Of a stretch of DNA of 64,000 nt, positions 17,155 to 24,829 are shown piece by piece. Under the pieces are notes generated by a model, which made no database searches, was not told where the DNA came from, and saw only the letters and a program-made list of their open reading frames with translations. Both the position numbers and the translations under genes were made by a program. Numbering within the stretch: the stretch's first letter is position 1; each line of letters starts with the position of its first letter. Origin of the DNA: an uncultured virus (IMG/VR IMGVR_UViG_3300031787_008607) (taxonomy: Duplodnaviria; Heunggongvirae; Uroviricota; Caudoviricetes); the IMG/VR virus record IMGVR_UViG_3300031787_008607, positions 62,001-126,000 of that record; one strand, written 5' to 3'.

Positions 17155-18900
17155 ATGGAAGAAAATATAGATATATTAAATGAAATAGGTCCAGGCGGTT
17201 CAGGTGGAGGGCCAGGAGGTTCAGGTGGAGGGCCAGGAGGTTCAGGTGATAAAGGTAAAGGGCCAGGAGGTTCAGGTGATAAAGGTAAAGGTCCAGGCGG
17301 TTCAGGTGATAAAGGTAAAGGTCCAGGCGGTTCTGATAATAAAAAAGAGGGTAAAGGACCAGGCGGTTCTGATAATAAAAAAGATTCTGGTTCTAAGGAT
17401 AAAAAAGATACTGAAACTAAAAAAGTTGAATTCCCAATTAATACTATTGATAGGTCAAATAAATTCAGAAAATGGTTAAAAAGTTTTCGTTATGGTTTTT
17501 TTAGCAAAAAAAATATTAAAGATATTATTTCAGATATAAAAGATGATGCTGATTCTATCAAAATTGCTTGGGAAGAATATGGTAATGAGTTTATCCAATT
17601 CTTACTTAATTCTCCTAACTCGGCTTTACAATCGTTAGGTAAACAAATTAAAGATGAAAACGAAAATTGGTTAAAGACAGGTGAAGGGGTTGACGTTAGT
17701 TTTGAAAAAGCAATTGAGTCAGAAAAAAGAAAATGTGAGTCTTGGACTTTAGGTAATTTATTTGAAAAAAAATATAGAAGAGAAGGTGTTGAAACATTAA
17801 ATCAAAAAACTAGAGAATTTATTGAATGGTCAGGTGAACAAGGTTGGTATGGTAATTTAGTACCATCTGATTTTTGTGGTTTTGATGCTAATGATATTAA
17901 TTGGGATGAAAATGTTTGGATGGATGAAGATGGTAAAGAACATCAAATTTACCAACACCCAATTGTTAGATTATTGTCGTTACATAAAGTTTGGATGAGA
18001 GACGAACTTACTCGTGTTGATAGAAAAAGTGATTTATTTACTAAGTTTTTAAAAGATAGTGGTGAAGAAGTTACACCATATATTTCAGGTGGTAGAAGTG
18101 AAGAAGGAAAAACTAAAAATGTTAGACCTTCAGATACACCAGCTGACTCAAGTGCTGAAGTAATTTTATCAGCAGGTGCTAATAGAAATTTATGTGTTAA
18201 TTTAAGAAATGCTTTAAAATCATCTTCAGATAGAAGTGAAACAGTTCAAAAGGCTATTCAAATGTGTAATTCAAAAAATTCAAATTGGTTAAAGACGGAT
18301 TTGGAAAGTAGAGTAAAAACTAAATTAAGAGTGTTTCAAGAAGGTAAAATGATTAAAGAAAATATTCAAACCAAATTAAAATCAAAGAAAAATGAAAAAA
18401 CTTTAATTTCATTATCTGAAGATTTCCAAAAACAAAACTTCAAAAAATTCTTTGACGGACTTAATAATTTCAGAAAAACTAAAAATTTAAACGAAGCAAC
18501 AAACGCAGAATTTGAAAAATCATTTGATGTTATTTTCCAAGGAAAAGAAACTGAATTTAAAAATAGAGCAATTGAGTATATTTTAAACAAACTACAAGTA
18601 CAACCAACATCAGAAATGGGAAAGAACATAAAATCTGAATTAGAAAAAGTTTCAGCTAAAGATATGTTTAAAAACGAATATGATGTTCCTGAGGCTATTG
18701 CAACTGCGGTTACAAAATCTGCACAATCATCTTCAAAAGAAGAAGAAGGATTAAAAGGTATTGTATCTCAGTCAATTAAGTTTGATGATAAACAACTTAA
18801 GCAAGGTGTAAGACAACATCTACAAAATTATATTGAAGGTGTTAAAACAGATATCAAGTCACTTGAAGAAAAAATTAAAAAATCAATTATTGAAAAATAA
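17155..18900 (+). CDS. putative virion protein with GPGGS repeats
   Basis: 7 x GPGGS after ILNE; coiled C-terminal part with IKE/LSE/LNE sites. Confidence 0.7.
   Translation: MEENIDILNEIGPGGSGGGPGGSGGGPGGSGDKGKGPGGSGDKGKGPGGSGDKGKGPGGSDNKKEGKGPGGSDNKKDSGSKDKKDTETKKVEFPINTIDRSNKFRKWLKSFRYGFFSKKNIKDIISDIKDDADSIKIAWEEYGNEFIQFLLNSPNSALQSLGKQIKDENENWLKTGEGVDVSFEKAIESEKRKCESWTLGNLFEKKYRREGVETLNQKTREFIEWSGEQGWYGNLVPSDFCGFDANDINWDENVWMDEDGKEHQIYQHPIVRLLSLHKVWMRDELTRVDRKSDLFTKFLKDSGEEVTPYISGGRSEEGKTKNVRPSDTPADSSAEVILSAGANRNLCVNLRNALKSSSDRSETVQKAIQMCNSKNSNWLKTDLESRVKTKLRVFQEGKMIKENIQTKLKSKKNEKTLISLSEDFQKQNFKKFFDGLNNFRKTKNLNEATNAEFEKSFDVIFQGKETEFKNRAIEYILNKLQVQPTSEMGKNIKSELEKVSAKDMFKNEYDVPEAIATAVTKSAQSSSKEEEGLKGIVSQSIKFDDKQLKQGVRQHLQNYIEGVKTDIKSLEEKIKKSIIEK
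17188..17382 (+). repeat. coding tandem repeat (GPGGSGG / GPGGSGDKGK / GPGGSDNKK)
   Basis: ccagg(c/a)ggttc units of 21, 30 and 36 nt. Confidence 0.9.
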
Positions 18901-19389
18901 TTAGAAACTTTTTTGGAATTCAATCCAAACTTTTTGTAAAGACTGACCCACAGAATCCGAAAATATAGTAGGTTCTGTGGGTTTTTTCATTAACTTCATA
19001 TTAGTCTCACTCAATAACTTGTCCCCTTTCTTCGAATTACACGTTATACAACACGTAACTAGGTTATCCCATGTATTACCCCCACCTTTTGATTTTGGGA
19101 TAATATGGTCGATTGTAAGGTCTTTTTTACTACCACAATATACACAGGCATTATTGTCACGTCTCATGATTCTATGACGATTAACACGTATTCTTCTTCT
19201 GTTAAAAGAAACGTAATTTAAAAGACGAATAATCAATGGTCTAACAAATTTCATAACACCGCATACAACTGGTTCTTCAGATGATTTAACAATCTCTGCC
19301 TTTCCTTTATATACTAAATTAAACCCACGGTTAAACGATGTTACATTTAAGGGACTATAATCTGAATTAAGAACCAATATTCCACTCAT
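18901..19389 (-). CDS. HNH endonuclease (McrA-like)
   Basis: LVLNSDYSPL N-terminus; RDNNACVYCG..LTIDHIIPKSKGG..WDNLVTCCITCNSKK. Confidence 0.9.
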   Translation of the reverse strand: MSGILVLNSDYSPLNVTSFNRGFNLVYKGKAEIVKSSEEPVVCGVMKFVRPLIIRLLNYVSFNRRRIRVNRHRIMRRDNNACVYCGSKKDLTIDHIIPKSKGGGNTWDNLVTCCITCNSKKGDKLLSETNMKLMKKPTEPTIFSDSVGQSLQKVWIEFQKSF

Positions 19390-19394
19390 AATCA

Positions 19395-19426
19395 CAAATA
19401 TATTAATAAAAATTTATTGAGACAAA
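19395..19426 (-). promoter_or_regulatory. Bacteroidota-type -33/-7 promoter
   Basis: minus-strand TTTG, 20-nt spacer, TATATTTG. Confidence 0.6.
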
Positions 19427-19464
19427 TTGAATTTTCCAATAAGTATTATTATACTTAAATTGTT

Positions 19465-19716
19465 ATGTCGGAAAACAAAATACAAATATCTGAAAAATAT
19501 AGAAATGATGTTAAAGGGTTAACTCATGATAAACTTATACTAGTTCCTTTAGAGGTATTAGAAAGTTTACATGATTTTTATACATGGAAAGAATTTATTT
19601 CAAATCCAAACTTTATTGAGGAAAAATCATCTTCTATAATTGAAAAATACGATAGAGTTAAATTTTCGTTTGATGACGCTTGGGATAATTATAGTGGAAC
19701 ACATTTTGGATATTAA
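19465..19716 (+). CDS. hypothetical protein
   Basis: ORF track. Confidence 0.6.
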   Translation: MSENKIQISEKYRNDVKGLTHDKLILVPLEVLESLHDFYTWKEFISNPNFIEEKSSSIIEKYDRVKFSFDDAWDNYSGTHFGY

Positions 19717-19718
19717 TT

Positions 19719-19892
19719 ATGTATTGTATTGTTAAGTATATTAAGGTCGACAAGAAAGAATTACCTGTTATTATTTTAAATTCTCAGGACGAAATTTTAG
19801 AATTTGATGCTGAAGAAAAGGCTGAAGATTTTAAATCTATTCTTCAGATGAATTCTGACTCAGGTTACAGATACGTTGTCAAGAAAATTTGA
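19719..19892 (+). CDS. hypothetical protein, 57 aa (not in ORF track)
   Basis: MYCIVKYIKVDKKELPVIILNSQDEILEF...RYVVKKI; starts 2 nt after previous stop. Confidence 0.7.
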   Translation: MYCIVKYIKVDKKELPVIILNSQDEILEFDAEEKAEDFKSILQMNSDSGYRYVVKKI

Positions 19893-19919
19893 TGGTGTAA
19901 CAAAAAACACGTATATTTG
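19888..19919 (+). promoter_or_regulatory. Bacteroidota-type promoter of the tRNA
   Basis: TTTG 19888-19891, 20-nt spacer, TATATTTG 19912-19919. Confidence 0.7.
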
Positions 19920-19931
19920 TGACAAATAATT

Positions 19932-20008
19932 GCCTTCGTAGCTCAGTAGGATAGAGCAACAGATTTCTAATCTGTGGGTCAGGGGTTCGAATCCCTTCGG
20001 GGGTACCA
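19932..20008 (+). tRNA. tRNA-Arg(UCU), CCA encoded
   Basis: GCCTTCG/CGGGGGT acceptor, AGCTCAGTAGGATAGAGC D-arm, ACAGA-TTTCTAA-TCTGT anticodon arm, GGTTCGAATCC T-arm. Confidence 0.95.
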
Positions 20009-20012
20009 CATT

Positions 20013-20042
20013 AAAAAAAGGGTTAATATTGACCCTTTTTTT
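20013..20042 (+). terminator. intrinsic terminator
   Basis: aaaagggtt-aatatt-gacccttttttt after the tRNA. Confidence 0.75.
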
Positions 20043-20093
20043 ATTTTTTAAACTATTTATAAATCAGTTACATAAATTTTAAAGAAAGAAAAA

Positions 20094-20711
20094 GTGAAGG
20101 AACTAGTACCAACGATTATTACCTCAGTTACATCAATTGTTATAGCATTAATAACTGCGGGGTTTTTCAATATGATGAAGGAAAAGAGAGCAAAGCAAAG
20201 TTCAAGAAACAAACTTTCTCAGCAAATTGAAACAGATGAAATTGTTCACTCTACTTTAAGAGAAATTAGAAGAAAATATAATGCTGATAGAATATATGTT
20301 ATTCAATTTCACAATGGTGGTAATTTCTATACATCATCAGCAATGCAAAAAGCGTCTGTGACATATGAAAGATGTTCAGATGGTCTTGAAAGAATAACTG
20401 AAAAAATACAAAATGTTTTTGTAAGTCATTACAATTGGTTAATTAAACAAACTATGGATGACGGATTGTTTATTCACGATTGTGAACTTATCCCTGATAT
20501 TGCAACGAGAGCTTTAATTAAAAAGTTTGGAACACAATCTATGGTTTCATTACCAATTATGGACAAAGAAAATCATTTAATAGCTCTTCTTTGTATGGAT
20601 TGGGTGTTCAGTGAACATGTTGAAGTATATTGTGAAAATGAGGAGTTTACAAAGAATTTTAGAGAGGACTTCAAAAAAGACACTCAGTCAGTTAGAAACT
20701 TTTTGATTTAA
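20094..20711 (+). CDS. N-terminal TM + GAF-like domain protein (T4 T-type holin candidate)
   Basis: single N-terminal TM then ADRIYVIQFHNG...SMVSLPI..LIALLCMDW; GTG start. Confidence 0.55.
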   Translation: MKELVPTIITSVTSIVIALITAGFFNMMKEKRAKQSSRNKLSQQIETDEIVHSTLREIRRKYNADRIYVIQFHNGGNFYTSSAMQKASVTYERCSDGLERITEKIQNVFVSHYNWLIKQTMDDGLFIHDCELIPDIATRALIKKFGTQSMVSLPIMDKENHLIALLCMDWVFSEHVEVYCENEEFTKNFREDFKKDTQSVRNFLI

Positions 20712-21475
20712 TAATCTAAATCAAAGTTTGGGTTACTAGCCGTATTACCAACCCATCCTGCTGTATCTATTTCATAGAAATATTCAGTATTATATTCTAA
20801 ATCTTCATTTGTCTCAACTTCTATTGCCATCGGTGATGCGTATACTAATATAGTTTCATTTGTATCTTCATAATCTGTGATTGTGTCAGAGTCAATTTTG
20901 TCATATCTGTTAAGTTCACTAACTTCTGATTTTAATTCTTCATTAATACTAAAATAAAAGTCTAATTTTAATTCGTAAGCATCGCTTTTTTGTTGTTCAC
21001 CTGTACCACCACAGTCATAACAATCTTCATGACCGCTACCCCCACAGGTATCACAATCAAGTCTACCACGACCATCACAATTTGAACATGTTTCACCTTC
21101 GTCGTCTTCACCTTCACCACCACATTCATCACAATCTACTTCACCTGAACTATCGCATTCACTGCAACTAATCTCACCATCACCACCACAGTAATCACAG
21201 CTTTCCTGAACTTCAGTATCAAATACAGTGGCAATTGCGTAGGTAAATCTTTCATTGTCTAATTTCCATAATATTGATTCAAATTCTTTTTCACCATTAT
21301 TAATGGCGTTGATTAAAAATACCAATTTAACAAAATCCCATCCTTCTAACACGGACATCATTTGTCGATACGGGCCTTTACGGTCATTTAATTTTCTTGA
21401 TATTTGTGTAACATATCTATCTTTAATGGATAAAGATAACTTTTTGGCGATTTGAATTAATTTATTGTTTTCCAT
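20708..21475 (-). CDS. protein with six DnaJ-type CxxCxGxG zinc-finger repeats
   Basis: CDYCGGDG, CSECDSSG, CDECGGEG, CSNCDGRG, CDTCGGSG, CYDCGGTG; no J-domain HPD; start refined to MENNK. Confidence 0.75.
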   Translation of the reverse strand: MENNKLIQIAKKLSLSIKDRYVTQISRKLNDRKGPYRQMMSVLEGWDFVKLVFLINAINNGEKEFESILWKLDNERFTYAIATVFDTEVQESCDYCGGDGEISCSECDSSGEVDCDECGGEGEDDEGETCSNCDGRGRLDCDTCGGSGHEDCYDCGGTGEQQKSDAYELKLDFYFSINEELKSEVSELNRYDKIDSDTITDYEDTNETILVYASPMAIEVETNEDLEYNTEYFYEIDTAGWVGNTASNPNFDLDY

Positions 21476-21477
21476 AA

Positions 21478-21489
21478 TATTTATAAATA
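21478..21489. promoter_or_regulatory. palindromic bidirectional late-promoter motif TATTTATAAATA
   Basis: between divergent starts 21475 and 21503. Confidence 0.65.
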
Positions 21490-21502
21490 TACCATTTTCA
21501 TA

Positions 21503-22372
21503 ATGAATAAAAAACAATTACACGAGCAATCATTAAAAGAACTACGTAAGTTAGAATATATCTTTGAAGAAGAATCAATTGCTCGTCCTGTGGCATCAAG
21601 TGTTAAAAATTATTTGGAGGGATTAGGTTATGAAACAAAATCAACCATGGCTGAGGTCGGAGACTTAACCCCTCAATTTGGTGATGTTTTGAAAAAAGCC
21701 GCCGCCGCCTTAAAACAAGAGTTACCTCATCTAAAAATTAGATTTGGTTCAGGTAGAGATAAATTCCACCAAAGTTACCCAAATAGTCGACATAATAAAG
21801 GTAATGCTAATGACGTTGTATTTAAAGGGGTTGATAAAAATGATGATGAAGAATTAGATAGAATATCAACTGTGTTATGTGCTGTAAGAAAAAAATATCC
21901 TGGGTTTACTTTTATTGATGAATATAGACATCCAAGTAAACATTCAACAGGTGTTCACTATCATTTTTCTTGGTCTGAAAGTGGAAAAGATGAAGGTCAC
22001 GGCACTTCTGAATTTTGTTCATCAGTTAAAGATTTAGATTTAGACCATATTGATTTTGATAAAATTGAGTCAAAAATACCATTACAAGAACCAAGTAAAC
22101 TTGATAAATTTTTAGATTATGTTGGATTAGGTGACTTATCAGATGCAAAGGTAGGTGATAAAGAAAGTCAAAAAGGATTGGTGGATAAAGCAAAAGAACT
22201 TTTTTCTGATGATGATGTGAAAGACGATGATAATGGGTTTGAAATATTCGGATATAAATTAGATGATATTTTAGATAAAGTTAAAAGTATTATACCACAA
22301 TTTGAATCTGAACAAAAGAAAAAGAATATTTTAGAAGATGTTAAAAGAATTAAATCAAAAATGATAAAATAA
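21503..22372 (+). CDS. putative M15-fold (LAS) zinc peptidase / cell-wall hydrolase
   Basis: SRHNKGNAND (Hx6D) and HYHFS (HxH); C-terminal ILEDVKRIKSKM motif. Confidence 0.6.
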   Translation: MNKKQLHEQSLKELRKLEYIFEEESIARPVASSVKNYLEGLGYETKSTMAEVGDLTPQFGDVLKKAAAALKQELPHLKIRFGSGRDKFHQSYPNSRHNKGNANDVVFKGVDKNDDEELDRISTVLCAVRKKYPGFTFIDEYRHPSKHSTGVHYHFSWSESGKDEGHGTSEFCSSVKDLDLDHIDFDKIESKIPLQEPSKLDKFLDYVGLGDLSDAKVGDKESQKGLVDKAKELFSDDDVKDDDNGFEIFGYKLDDILDKVKSIIPQFESEQKKKNILEDVKRIKSKMIK

Positions 22373-22398
22373 AAAAAGGGACTGAAAAGTCCCTTTTT
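22371..22398. terminator. bidirectional intrinsic terminator
   Basis: aaaaagggact-gaaa-agtcccttttt between the peptidase gene and the tmRNA 3' end. Confidence 0.85.
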
Positions 22399-22401
22399 AA
22401 T

Positions 22402-22796
22402 TGGTGGAGATGCGGGGGTTCGAACCCCGGTCCAAATATGTCGACCATAAAACACTACACGTTTAGGTCATTGTTTTTCTAAACAATCCGAAACTTCACA
22501 ATTCCCTTATTTTATAGTGGTTCGGTTTACTGAGAACTAATCCTCCACTTTGTTTCTTTTCGGATAGAAACCACACCACAGTACAAGCTTCTGTTGCAAG
22601 GTTATATGCTCACCGACCCCGTTGTATACTAATCTTAGATTAGGCTACAGTTACTTCTTCAGTACGGATTAAACCGAGTGTAGAAAGTTTTGCAATTGTG
22701 TTGCCGTTTGTGTTTTAAACCAGTTTTACAGGGTTAGTTTAGCCCCGACGTGCGTTTTATGACAGATTCATACCTGTCAAATCCAAAAACATCCCC
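22402..22796 (-). ncRNA. ssrA: tmRNA (395 nt), tag peptide GNTIAKLSTLGLIRTEEVTVA
   Basis: 5' GGGGATGTTTTTGGATTTGAC; 3' CCGGGGTTCGAACCCCCGCATCTCCACCA; acceptor stem with G3:U70-type pair; tag ORF 22705-22640. Confidence 0.92.
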
Positions 22797-22818
22797 ATAT
22801 ACTCAAAGAACTATGTTA

Positions 22819-22849
22819 CAAAGATATAAATATATTCTTCTTTTACCAA
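22819..22849 (-). promoter_or_regulatory. Bacteroidota-type promoter of tmRNA
   Basis: minus-strand TTG, 20-nt spacer, TATCTTTG. Confidence 0.6.
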
Positions 22850-22871
22850 GTATTTATTAAAAAAAAGTTTA

Positions 22872-23951
22872 ATGAGTCAACTTTATCAGGCATTAAAAGA
22901 TTTTACGGAAGATTTAGTTACCGCAAATTTTGTTAGGTACGAAGACGATGAGGATATTTTACGTATTACAAGAATAAATGAAAAAAATCTTGGTAAGTCT
23001 TTGGTTTATTTAACGTTTGATACTAATGATTATGTTGACCTTTTCACTAGAAATAATGATGAAACTAATAACGGTTATTTAATTAGAGTTGCTTTCCAAG
23101 GGGGGTATTATGGAGGTAATGTTTTTGTTGATGATTATTCCATGGATTATGATTGGGACGAGGGTTATTTACTACACTATTTCAATGATGAGAATTTAGA
23201 TAGGGTTAAACAAATAGTAAAAATATTAAGACCTAGTCTTTCCGTTGATGATTTAAGAAATCATAACGATAAAGTTATTGAAATTTGTAAGTGGTTAAAA
23301 AATGAATTTTCAAATGAGATAGATAGTATTATTTACGATTATTCAAGTGAATATGATGAAGCCTTGGTTAAAGGATTAAGACAATATGTTACATCTAAAT
23401 TATGTAACGCTTTACTTCCTTTAAATATCTTTGAGAAAAAATGTACTAATCTCTACATGACAACTGTAGCAATTCTTTTAAATACTTGGGATAAATCTGG
23501 TGAAGACAAAGACGCTAAACTTTCAGATATGTTAAAAACAAGTATTGACCAATTGGGAATACAGTTTGATGAAGATTTATATGAAGATTATTATGCTTAT
23601 TTTGATAGTCAAAATTATGATGATGAAGGTTTTAACAGAAGTGTAACTTGGAATCTTGACAAAATCATGGAAAAAATTGAAAATAGTGATAATATCGATT
23701 CTTATCGTAAAAACTCTGAAATACTTGAAAAATTATCAAAGTTAAAGTATAGTGAATTTAATAAATGGTATGAATTTCCTTCACAAAAAACATTTGGTGA
23801 AAAGACACCAAACAAATTCATAATTCAAGATGTTGATGACGGAAAGATACTTGTTACATATAGTAATCATAGTAAAAATGAATTTAACCAAACCGTTAAA
23901 ATTGATTATGATACTTTTTTAAATTTTTTATATCATCCTGAATTGTTTTAA
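22872..23951 (+). CDS. acidic hypothetical protein
   Basis: 359-aa ORF; TATTTAT at 22851. Confidence 0.7.
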   Translation: MSQLYQALKDFTEDLVTANFVRYEDDEDILRITRINEKNLGKSLVYLTFDTNDYVDLFTRNNDETNNGYLIRVAFQGGYYGGNVFVDDYSMDYDWDEGYLLHYFNDENLDRVKQIVKILRPSLSVDDLRNHNDKVIEICKWLKNEFSNEIDSIIYDYSSEYDEALVKGLRQYVTSKLCNALLPLNIFEKKCTNLYMTTVAILLNTWDKSGEDKDAKLSDMLKTSIDQLGIQFDEDLYEDYYAYFDSQNYDDEGFNRSVTWNLDKIMEKIENSDNIDSYRKNSEILEKLSKLKYSEFNKWYEFPSQKTFGEKTPNKFIIQDVDDGKILVTYSNHSKNEFNQTVKIDYDTFLNFLYHPELF

Positions 23952-23978
23952 TAGAAAAATAGCTTATCTTTATGAGCT

Positions 23979-24797
23979 ATGATAGAAAATGTTGATTTCT
24001 TAAAAAAGGTATTGTCAATACCTACAAAATCATTTAAAGAAGATTTAATGATTGAATTTTTGGTTGAATATTTAACCGAAAAAAAACACAATTTTAAAGT
24101 TGATGACTTTGGAAATGTTTATGTCACAAAGGGTGAAATAAACGAGGGTGAATTTTATCCTTGTATTGTCGCACATACCGATACGGTTCATAACATTGAC
24201 ACAATCAATATCCATGAAGAACAACTTAAAGATTCAAAAGGTAATCTAAGTTTATCTCTTAAGGCATATAACGATTTGGGTAACCCAACAGGTATTGGTG
24301 GTGATGATAAGTGTGGAGTGTTTGCTTGTCTTCAGTTATTGGAAGTCTTTGATGTAATTAAAGTTGCTTTATTTGTATCTGAAGAAGTTGGTTGTTTGGG
24401 TTCAAAAGAAGCTGACAGAGATTTCTTTAGTAATGTAGGTTACGCAATTCAATTTGACGCTCCTGACGACTACATGGTAACAGAATATTGTTATGGTGTT
24501 AAAGTATTTGAAACGGATTCTGAATTTGAAACAAAAGCTAAAAAAGTTCTTTCTGAAGGTATGTTGTCTGAACCAAAATATATGCAACACCCTTACACTG
24601 ATGTTTGGCAACTTCGTAAGAAGTTTGACTTCTCTTGTATCAACTTCTCAATCGGATATCATAACTATCACACACCAAATGAGTATGTTGTTGTCCATGA
24701 AGTTTTTGCTGGTATGAATACAGGTAAAAAACTAATCGAAGAACTTGGTAAACAGAAATACCAATTCATACATAATTCACAAATGTTTAATTTTTAA
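23979..24797 (+). CDS. M28/M20-family zinc peptidase
   Basis: AHTDTV, GGDDKCG, SEEVGCLG, QFD, YHTPNE metal-ligand motifs. Confidence 0.85.
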   Translation: MIENVDFLKKVLSIPTKSFKEDLMIEFLVEYLTEKKHNFKVDDFGNVYVTKGEINEGEFYPCIVAHTDTVHNIDTINIHEEQLKDSKGNLSLSLKAYNDLGNPTGIGGDDKCGVFACLQLLEVFDVIKVALFVSEEVGCLGSKEADRDFFSNVGYAIQFDAPDDYMVTEYCYGVKVFETDSEFETKAKKVLSEGMLSEPKYMQHPYTDVWQLRKKFDFSCINFSIGYHNYHTPNEYVVVHEVFAGMNTGKKLIEELGKQKYQFIHNSQMFNF

Positions 24798-24801
24798 TCA
24801 T

Positions 24802-24829
24802 AAAAAAAGGGGGTTTATTCCCCCTTTTT
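24802..24829. terminator. bidirectional terminator
   Basis: aaaaaggggg-tttatt-cccccttttt between convergent genes. Confidence 0.8.

Noticed and set aside
18901..19389. HNH as a mobile homing endonuclease or intron
   Set aside because: Free-standing McrA-like type with its own promoter; it does not interrupt any gene
22168..22455. 95-aa minus-strand ORF, or a tRNA at 22402-22435
   Set aside because: The tRNA-like T-arm and acceptor are the 3' end of the tmRNA; the ORF is a shadow crossing a terminator
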